Of a DNA stretch of 64,000 nt, positions 57,407-64,000 are shown piece after piece. The position numbers and the translations under genes were made by a program. This DNA is from Planctomycetota bacterium (lineage in GTDB: Bacteria > Planctomycetota > MHYJ01 > JACQXL01 > JACQZI01): positions 15,478-79,477 of the forward strand of contig JACQZI010000017.1 of assembly GCA_016207825.1 (NCBI GenBank), in the 5' to 3' direction. Each line of letters opens with the position of its first letter. Positions within the stretch are counted from its first letter, which is position 1. Under the pieces are notes generated by a model that worked only from the letters and a program-made list of their open reading frames with translations, ran no database searches and was not told where the DNA came from.

Positions 57407-58978
57407 TTACGAAACACTAAATTTTGCCATTACCTTTTCCAGCCATGGCAAACGGTTTTGGAATAACAGCAAAACATCCATTTTATCCAACGGCTTAATG
57501 TAACAAAGCGCGATAAAGTATCCGCCCCAGAATAATACCGCCTGGATTATCAAAACGACTCCGGCAGTAATACGGGCAGATTCAATGGATAATTGATTGG
57601 ATAAAGCGGGCAAAAACCACAACGGCATCCCTAAAACAAGGCACAACATTGTTGTTTTCAGAAAGGTGGTTTTGATAAAATAACCCATCGGCAAATGGAT
57701 TATCTGATGCATTCTTCTAAAGTAATAAAAGGAAGCAATAAACCAGGATGCCATTGTTCCTAAAGCCGCTCCTAACAAGCCGAATTTAATAATGAAGAAA
57801 ACGCTTAAAGGAAGGTTAATCAGGACATTGATTAAACCCGCATGCATCTCTACTTCCGGATGCCCGATTCCACGCAAAAGCTGGTTGCCGATTCCTCCGG
57901 CTAAGACGGAAGCAAGATGCCCGATAGCAAGCAGTTGGGCAATGCGAACGGAATCCTCATACCCTTCCCCCATCCAGACCATCATTATCTGCGAGGCGGA
58001 CACAATCACGAAGGTAAAAAACGGCAGGGCGATTAATGAAAGATATTTACTGGTCCGTTTATAGCCTTCGATTAATTTTTCCCGCTCACCCCGCCCATCC
58101 ACCTCTGAAAAAGCAGGCAGTAAAACAGAAGCAGGCAACGTAACGATTCCCTTTACCGTTCCGGTTAGGCAGTTTCCCAATTGGTAAAAAGTCACCAAGC
58201 CTATCGGCAAAAAATATCCTATTAATAATTTATCTACGCTAAGGGTTATCATTGAATATATGGAGGCGAGCTGGATTTTATAGCCGAATGTAATCAGGCG
58301 TTTAAACATATCTCCTTTTGACATTAAAAAACCGAAGCGGAAAGAAGGCAAAACCCTAAACGAGATTATGAAATTTACCAAGCCGCCCAACAAAACAATT
58401 ATTATCCTGTTAAGCATTAATCCCGCCAATCCGTATCCCATCTCTAAAAACAATATCGTTCCGATAATATTGGGGAAAGAAACCGCGACGCTTACTTTGC
58501 TTGAAATATCCATTCTCTGTAACCCCATCGGGACGCTCTCAAAAACCGCTGAAACATTTACTAAAGCCATTGAAATCATTCCAAGCATTAACACCAACCG
58601 GGCTTCACCGGCTAATTCCTGAGGGATTTTGAAAATGCCCAGTAACGGGCCGATAAGCAAAAAAGCCGCGCCGGTTATCACTATTCCGAATATGAGGTAA
58701 AAAACAAATCCGGTATTAACAACCTGGTTGATTTTATCATCTTCTTTCCGGGCATAATATTCAGAAATATACTTTATGAATGAAGACCGGATTCCAAAAT
58801 CCAATAATCCGAAATAACCGGTCAAGACTCCGACAATCGCCCAGACTCCGAAACGCTCTACCCCGATACGATTAATGATATACGGGGTCAACCCAAGCAT
58901 GACCAGCATACCCCAAAACTGTCCGATTAAGTTATAAACGGTATTGCGAAACACCTTTCGTGATAGGCTCTGTTCCAT
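57407..58978 (-). CDS. polysaccharide biosynthesis flippase (Wzx/MOP superfamily)
   Basis: About 12-14 TM helices and an N-terminus typical of oligosaccharide flippases. Confidence 0.7.
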   Translation of the reverse strand: MEQSLSRKVFRNTVYNLIGQFWGMLVMLGLTPYIINRIGVERFGVWAIVGVLTGYFGLLDFGIRSSFIKYISEYYARKEDDKINQVVNTGFVFYLIFGIVITGAAFLLIGPLLGIFKIPQELAGEARLVLMLGMISMALVNVSAVFESVPMGLQRMDISSKVSVAVSFPNIIGTILFLEMGYGLAGLMLNRIIIVLLGGLVNFIISFRVLPSFRFGFLMSKGDMFKRLITFGYKIQLASIYSMITLSVDKLLIGYFLPIGLVTFYQLGNCLTGTVKGIVTLPASVLLPAFSEVDGRGEREKLIEGYKRTSKYLSLIALPFFTFVIVSASQIMMVWMGEGYEDSVRIAQLLAIGHLASVLAGGIGNQLLRGIGHPEVEMHAGLINVLINLPLSVFFIIKFGLLGAALGTMASWFIASFYYFRRMHQIIHLPMGYFIKTTFLKTTMLCLVLGMPLWFLPALSNQLSIESARITAGVVLIIQAVLFWGGYFIALCYIKPLDKMDVLLLFQNRLPWLEKVMAKFSVS

Positions 58979-59046
58979 GATTTTTATATTATCTAATTAT
59001 TCTTTAAAATACAACCATTTTATACAACAGTGTAACCTTAAAAAGA

Positions 59047-59928
59047 TTATAGCGCCTGTCTTTTACGGGCATAGACGGTGATAAAATCCCACCTTTTTAA
59101 CAGCTTTATCGCCAAGCCATGCACAATCGGGCGCGCCCAATTCAGGTATTTTATTGCCTTGAGCAACGGATTCGGGCGTGTTTTGCCCTCCGCGCCCTTA
59201 TTTAATAATCCCGTCCCGCCTTCTCTGACAGACTTAATGATTCCGAATCCGTTTTCGGAAAGCAGTTTGGTTAAGGTTTCTTTGGAGAAGTGATATAGAT
59301 GAATCTTGGGAACTAAATTCACCCAGCGTTCCTTCATCCGGCGGGCATTGCCGGAATTGATATCCGGAACGGTTATCACCAAAAGCCCGTCCGCTTTTAA
59401 AAGGCGCGCCGCTTTTTGGATAGCCTGCTTGGGCAAAGGCAGATGCTCCAGGACATGATACATCGCGATAACATCAAAAAAGCTATCAGGGAAAGAAGCA
59501 TCTTCAAGATTGCCGGTAACGACGTTTAATCCCAATTTATTCCGTGCATAATCAGATGCCCAGGGAGATATTTCCACCCCATAAGGCTCCCAGCCGTATT
59601 CCCGGGCGACATCGAGGAATCCGCCTGTGGCACAGCCGATTTCCAGTATTTTCCCGGAACGCTTGAATTTCATTATGCCTCTTAACCGCCTTTGGGCATC
59701 GGCGTAGAAAAGCTCTTTGTTTTGGATGTAATCGAAGCTGGGAACATCCGGCGAGGACTGGTTCCTGAAATAATCCTCCGAATAAAGACGGGCGCGCTCG
59801 TCATCAGACAGGCGCGGATTGGTGTAGACCAGGCCGCATTTAAGGCAACGGACGACCTTTAAATCGGATATGGTATAGACCGCTTCCGCCTTATCCGCTC
59901 CACAGAGCGCACAGGAAACATATTCCAT
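59047..59928 (-). CDS. class I SAM-dependent methyltransferase with N-terminal zinc ribbon
   Basis: C.LC....C..C followed by a methyltransferase motif I (LEIGCATGG). Confidence 0.7.
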   Translation of the reverse strand: MEYVSCALCGADKAEAVYTISDLKVVRCLKCGLVYTNPRLSDDERARLYSEDYFRNQSSPDVPSFDYIQNKELFYADAQRRLRGIMKFKRSGKILEIGCATGGFLDVAREYGWEPYGVEISPWASDYARNKLGLNVVTGNLEDASFPDSFFDVIAMYHVLEHLPLPKQAIQKAARLLKADGLLVITVPDINSGNARRMKERWVNLVPKIHLYHFSKETLTKLLSENGFGIIKSVREGGTGLLNKGAEGKTRPNPLLKAIKYLNWARPIVHGLAIKLLKRWDFITVYARKRQAL

Positions 59929-60147
59929 ATATGATTTTATCGGGTTATCCCATAAGGAGCGTTAGGGATACTTGGCATAGAAAAATATCCCGCCTTGCGA
60001 CCAGAGGCTATAGTCCACGAAGTGGGAAGTCCCCGTAGGTGGCGGGGACGGCTAAAACGCATATATTCGTTTGCATCTCAATTAAATGAGGTTTCAAAGG
60101 CAGGGGGGTGGTGCTACTCCCCCCTCAACTTAGGGCTAACTACTCAT

Positions 60148-60409
60148 AAATACGGTGAGACCCCATCTCAAATGCGGAGGGACTCCATGGCAAATGCGGA
60201 GGGACTCCATCTTAAATGCGGTGATGCCCCATCTCAGATGCGGTGAGACCCCATCTCAAATGCAGAGAGACTCCATCTTAAATGCGGAGAGACCCCATCC
60301 CAAATGCGGAGGGACTCCATTCCAAATCCAGAGAGACCCCATCTTAAATGCGGAGAGGCTCCATGGCAAATGCGGTGGGACTCCATCTTAGATGCGGAGG
60401 GACTCCATG
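60148..60409. repeat. 22-bp tandem repeat array (about 12 units, consensus aaatgcggagggactccatctt)
   Basis: Head-to-tail units with no spacers. The sequence family differs from arrays 1 and 2 but the period is identical. Confidence 0.9.
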
Positions 60410-60564
60410 ATAGTAACGGTGGTATAGCCCTATCCAAAAATGAATTCCAGAAAACGAGACTTGCTTGCAGTGAGGAACGAATCCAACCGAATATAGGCGA
60501 TACACCACGGGAAAATCAAGCATTAGAAGATGTGGGAGGCGGTACGCTTTCGGATACCATTATA

Positions 60565-62427
60565 TTAATTAAAACTTTTGTTTATCTCTACAAATAGAGG
60601 GATAAAACTCTCGGAAGCCTTAACAGAGCCATTTAACAACGAATTAGCATAATGAATTGCGACACCATTTTTATTAAAGTCTTTAGATAATTTCAGTTTA
60701 AAGTACTGCATTAGTTTTCTTCCTAATGTCCAATTGCTATCGATGCTTAATGAGCAATCATTAAATTTATCAGGTGTTATAGGAGTAAACCAATCAAATC
60801 CCTGATAAAAATCATTTACTGATTTTATATAGATGTCTATGCCGACAAGGTCTTCTATTGATTCGTTTTGATTAGAAGAACCCGTAATTTGATTAATTTC
60901 AATAGTTGGAGTGTGGCATTTTTCAGCTACTTTAATCATATCTTTATTTCCATCATCGCTATCACATAGAACAATTGACTTTTTGTTCTGACTACTAGCC
61001 GTTTTCAGGAATGGTTCTAAAGCCGCACCATCGTTACATGGAATAATGCTTATTTTAGTTAAATCAAGATGCGTTTTCCCATTAGACTTAAAATAATCCG
61101 AAATATTAGCTAAAATTACCTGATCTGATATGCCCTCAACAAAAATATTCTGTTCTCCCAGAAAACCTAAATCGCCAAAGGAAACCCCAATAGACACTTT
61201 TAGAGGATCCCATATATTAAGAAATTTATTTTCATCCCTTGGCGCATAGGGCTTATTATCAATCTTAGTCGCTTTGGTTTTAGGATTTCTGGTAAACAAT
61301 CTAATCCGTTGCGGGAAATTCCAATCTATCATAAAAGGAGAATGGGTAGAATATGCAACTTGATGTTTCTGTGACAATTCATTTAGCATCTTTACAACAA
61401 TGCGTTGTGCGTTAGGATGCAAATTACAGGCTGGCTCATCAAATAAAACAATGGTCTGATTTTCTAATTTTTGGATAAACAAATATTCTATAACAAACGT
61501 TAAAAACCAATTGAGACCTGTCCCGTAATAGCGCAGTTTATTCTCGTCTCGTATCTGTGCTGTTAGAAGAAAACTATTTCTCTTGTAACTGGATTCTTTA
61601 CTGTGACTATTCCCCGCTAGCCTAATCTCGAAAGTAAGATCTGCAGGATCCCTCCACCACTTTTGCAAAACACCTGTTATTTTTTCAGATAATTCCTTTA
61701 ATTTTTGTTCTATTTCCTCTTGAGTAAGATTTAATGGCCTTAGCCGTGGTGAATTATGCTTCGTAGTTTCAGCCCACGGCGCATCTACATTGTGGTTTGC
61801 TCTAATGTTAGCTTTTAAATCTACAATTGAAAGCAGTAATTTTTCCGTAGTAAAAGGCATAAATTCACTAGGTTGATCAGATAGAGGGGTTTCTGTAATG
61901 CATGGACCTGTTTCATAAAATTGTGCTTCAAATAGTTCATTTAGTGCAACTTTTTCAGAAAGATTAATATATCTTATCTTTGGCAAAACAGATTGTTCAA
62001 AGTTTCTCATATCTTCTGTAATAGCCGGAAACTCTGTATTATCTTCATAGATATTGATATTTTCTGTATCGGCTAATAAAGAATATGATTGGTTTTTAGG
62101 TATATCCGAACGATGCTGATAACAAATTGTAATTAGTTTTGGTTTTTTATTCCCTAATAGTTGAGTGAACTTATCGTTTTTGATATCCTTATCTTCAACT
62201 ACCCACAATGAATTAAATCTTATACTGTTTGGATCTGCATTTTTTAACTGGCTTATATCCCAACCGGCCATGCCACCGTTTTTTATGTATTGGTCAAATA
62301 ATCGGTGAAGTATGCTCGTTTTTCCTGTATCATTCTTGCCAATAAGAACTGTTACATAAGGATCAAAAGATAAAGACTGATTTATAAAATGTCTAAATTG
62401 ATGTAGTTTTATTTCTTTTACTTTCAT
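60565..62427 (-). CDS. OLD-family ATP-dependent endonuclease (ABC-type ATPase + Toprim), standalone
   Basis: Walker A GKNDTGKTSIL, Walker B/D-loop VLFDEPACNLHP, H-loop STHSP, C-terminal Toprim (IFVEGISDQVIL ... VLCDSDDGN). The gene is AT-rich. Confidence 0.75.
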   Translation of the reverse strand: MKVKEIKLHQFRHFINQSLSFDPYVTVLIGKNDTGKTSILHRLFDQYIKNGGMAGWDISQLKNADPNSIRFNSLWVVEDKDIKNDKFTQLLGNKKPKLITICYQHRSDIPKNQSYSLLADTENINIYEDNTEFPAITEDMRNFEQSVLPKIRYINLSEKVALNELFEAQFYETGPCITETPLSDQPSEFMPFTTEKLLLSIVDLKANIRANHNVDAPWAETTKHNSPRLRPLNLTQEEIEQKLKELSEKITGVLQKWWRDPADLTFEIRLAGNSHSKESSYKRNSFLLTAQIRDENKLRYYGTGLNWFLTFVIEYLFIQKLENQTIVLFDEPACNLHPNAQRIVVKMLNELSQKHQVAYSTHSPFMIDWNFPQRIRLFTRNPKTKATKIDNKPYAPRDENKFLNIWDPLKVSIGVSFGDLGFLGEQNIFVEGISDQVILANISDYFKSNGKTHLDLTKISIIPCNDGAALEPFLKTASSQNKKSIVLCDSDDGNKDMIKVAEKCHTPTIEINQITGSSNQNESIEDLVGIDIYIKSVNDFYQGFDWFTPITPDKFNDCSLSIDSNWTLGRKLMQYFKLKLSKDFNKNGVAIHYANSLLNGSVKASESFIPLFVEINKSFN

Positions 62428-62654
62428 CTCAAGTTTTTCCTGTTAACAGTCACCGTCCTTTCAGTACTCAGTTTATTGTCATTAGAGCATATCACTTATC
62501 CCTAACGAGGTCAAGAGATAAAACCGAGACGACACAAACAAAGCTTAAAAGATTAATAGTTTCAGGATTAAAGGGAACAGGCAGTAAATGACCAGTTTCC
62601 AACCCCGATATTCATCGGGGCGGGTGAACAATGACCAATGAAAGAGGATGTAAA

Positions 62655-62807
62655 GATGAATATAAACGAGCTGGAGGAGAAATATGAGAAATTTTCATGG
62701 AATTCCAAGATTTTAGGTCAGATTTCACCTCCTCGTGCAAATAACACTATAGCTGGGGGCGGCAAGAAAGCCCGCCTAACGGCGAGGCAGGTAGTGAGCA
62801 GCGAGTA
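62655..62807 (+). CDS. hypothetical small ORF (50 aa)
   Basis: AGAGGA RBS. Preceded by the ccccgatattcatcgggg hairpin and overlapping a GGAATTCC-core element. Coding status uncertain. Confidence 0.2.
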
Positions 62808-62966
62808 GCGGGCAGTGAGGATGACGGGTAATGAGGATGCCGGAAAAGACCGGATATTTTTAAGATTCTTTGTTACTTTAGCCGGTTTTTGGACTGTATA
62901 AGTGGAGGGAAGGGTTAGAAATAACCAATTCCCAAATAACAATGACCAATTAAATAGAAAGGAAAT

Positions 62967-63035
62967 ATGAAGAATTTTAAAGGGATTCCGATTTTCCATG
63001 TAACATTCGGCGTTCCTGACCTATATACCTTATGA
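62967..63035 (+). CDS. short upstream ORF (22 aa, MKNFKGIPIFHVTF...)
   Basis: AAAGGA RBS. The first 14 codons are protein-level similar to the mini-ORF at 6663, with synonymous differences. Confidence 0.3.
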   Translation: MKNFKGIPIFHVTFGVPDLYTL

Positions 63036-63053
63036 AGGGAGGTAAGAGACAAA

Positions 63054-63197
63054 ATGATTAGGAGATTAAGAAAAATGATATATTTTCATAGAATTCCAAG
63101 ATTTTACCGCAAAAGGCAGGGGGGTCAAGCGAATAATAGTATGGAGGGACGGTGAACCACGAAGGGTTCACCGCAAGTATCCCTTAAATGGAGGTAA
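63054..63197 (+). CDS. short upstream ORF (47 aa, basic) ending 3 nt before the peptide gene start
   Basis: Strong GGGAGG RBS. It spans a GGAATTCC-core element and the conserved ggtgaacc...ggttcacc hairpin. Translation not established. Confidence 0.3.
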
Positions 63198-63199
63198 AT

Positions 63200-63388
63200 A
63201 TGAATATAAAGCGATTAAATAAGGAATTGTCAGTCAGCCGACCGTATCAGCAAGACGGAGGTGTCTGTAAAAGCGTTGTGTGCCAGGTGTCCTGCGTTTG
63301 GCGCCAGACGCAAGCCCCAAGACGTATGACGCAACAGGACGTTTTACCGGTTAGCTGGCGTAACAAGAAAGTGGGGATAGTTTTATGA
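63200..63388 (+). CDS. small Cys-rich peptide with PYQQDGG motif (copy 2 of duplicated cassette)
   Basis: GGAGG RBS. MNIKRLNKELSVSRPYQQDGGVCKSVVCQVSCVWRQ... is the paralog of 6913-7092. Confidence 0.6.
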   Translation: MNIKRLNKELSVSRPYQQDGGVCKSVVCQVSCVWRQTQAPRRMTQQDVLPVSWRNKKVGIVL

Positions 63389-64000
63389 CAAACATACTGT
63401 TTGATGTAAAGCTGGAAATACCTGCTTTGTACAAGCCTGCCGGCGATGTCGCCCAAAAGTGGGCGCAGAACCTGGCGGAGCAGGCGGAACTGGTGGAAAA
63501 CCGGCTTATGAAGGCATTGCCCGACGAAGCCAGTTTTCAGGAGAAGCTTGCCACTCCGGCCGCGGAGCAATGGCCCGCCTTTATGTCCGATACCTATCGG
63601 ACCAAAAGAGGCCGTGTTAAGCAGTCGGTAGTCAAGACCTTTGCCAAGAATATTCAGAACGCGTATGACAGCTGGGTGAAGCGTATCAGCCGCGTATTTG
63701 AAGTGACTGACGGGGTCAAGGCCAAAAGGTTCAAGGATGCAGTGCTTGATTCGCAGGAACGGGTTGCCGATGTCTTACGCAAGAAAGCCTTGCGTCTAAC
63801 CGGCGACCGGGTTCACGGAATCGGCGCGGCAGCCATTGCCTGTTTCTGGATGACCGGCGAGCCGACCATAGCGGGTAAACTGCGTCAGGGAGACCAATTG
63901 ATTGATGGTAATCCTTACCGGATTTGCCGGGAGGAGTTTATCCAGTCATTCAGGTCCGCCTTGATGAATCGCCTGATTCAAGCCGGGATGCTGATATCCA
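63385..64000 (+). CDS. conserved hypothetical protein, partner of the Cys-rich peptide (copy 2; 3' end outside window)
   Basis: ATGA overlap with the peptide stop. Paralog of 7094-7888 (TDGVKAKRFK...GIGAAAIACFW). The frame stays open to the window end. Confidence 0.6.
   Translation, partial: MTNILFDVKLEIPALYKPAGDVAQKWAQNLAEQAELVENRLMKALPDEASFQEKLATPAAEQWPAFMSDTYRTKRGRVKQSVVKTFAKNIQNAYDSWVKRISRVFEVTDGVKAKRFKDAVLDSQERVADVLRKKALRLTGDRVHGIGAAAIACFWMTGEPTIAGKLRQGDQLIDGNPYRICREEFIQSFRSALMNRLIQAGMLIS

Noticed and set aside
60148-60409. Possible CRISPR array (regular short repeats)
   Set aside because: The units are contiguous head-to-tail with no unique spacers between them. No cas1 or cas2 is present, and the only Cas4-like gene is a decayed solo copy 27 kb away. 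This is a tandem repeat, not a CRISPR array.
59995-60597. ORFs 59995..60246, 60155..60391, 60234..60437 and 60304..60597 overlapping array 3
   Set aside because: Same reasoning as for array 2: stop-free repeat units produce spurious ORFs in multiple frames.

Overview
This 64-kb window is a bacterial chromosomal segment that the six-frame track fills almost completely with genes. I could place most products in a named family; a handful remain unidentified. Recognisable housekeeping genes include acpS, prfB with its canonical programmed +1 frameshift (CTT TGA C), arfB and argS. There is a dispersed type IV pilus/T2SS-like gene set: pilM-pilN-pilO, an unknown ORF and a secretin on the minus strand, plus pilT, a standalone GspE-N domain gene, pilB and a prepilin-like gene. 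Signalling genes include a sigma-54 response regulator and a GGDEF protein. A long minus-strand polysaccharide/glycosylation operon at about 50.2-59.9 kb carries GT2 and GT4 transferases, three SAM methyltransferases (two with zinc ribbons), a HAD hydrolase, an ATP-grasp protein and a flippase. It looks AT-rich by eye and so looks horizontally acquired.

The most unusual content is non-standard. (i) A two-gene cassette occurs twice, at 6.9-7.9 kb and at 63.2 kb to the window end. Each copy has a ~60-aa Cys-rich peptide with a conserved PYQQ(D/N)GG motif and a translationally coupled ~265-aa protein I cannot place in any family. Each copy is preceded by the same hairpin, by repeated ~45-nt GGAATTCC-core elements, and by short upstream ORFs that end at or 3 nt before the peptide start codon. 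(ii) There are three arrays of 22-bp head-to-tail tandem repeats. Arrays at 6.14-6.35 kb and 31.96-32.26 kb are inverted copies of each other, including a conserved G-rich boundary, and each sits upstream of a gene in the same relative orientation. A third, unrelated array with the same 22-bp period sits at 60.15-60.41 kb, upstream of the glycan operon. (iii) A decayed defence or mobile-element remnant lies at 31.3-34.7 kb. It holds an excisionase-type HTH fusion gene abutting array 2, a second ~23-bp tandem repeat and a Cas4-like PD-(D/E)xK nuclease broken by one frameshift and one in-frame TAG that falls at the expected QhxxY tyrosine. It also holds a frameshifted mazF/pemK toxin gene whose upstream partners are two overlapping genes of unknown function. 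(iv) A standalone OLD-family ATPase-Toprim nuclease sits in an AT-rich segment.

I recognised no rRNA or tRNA genes and no CRISPR array.
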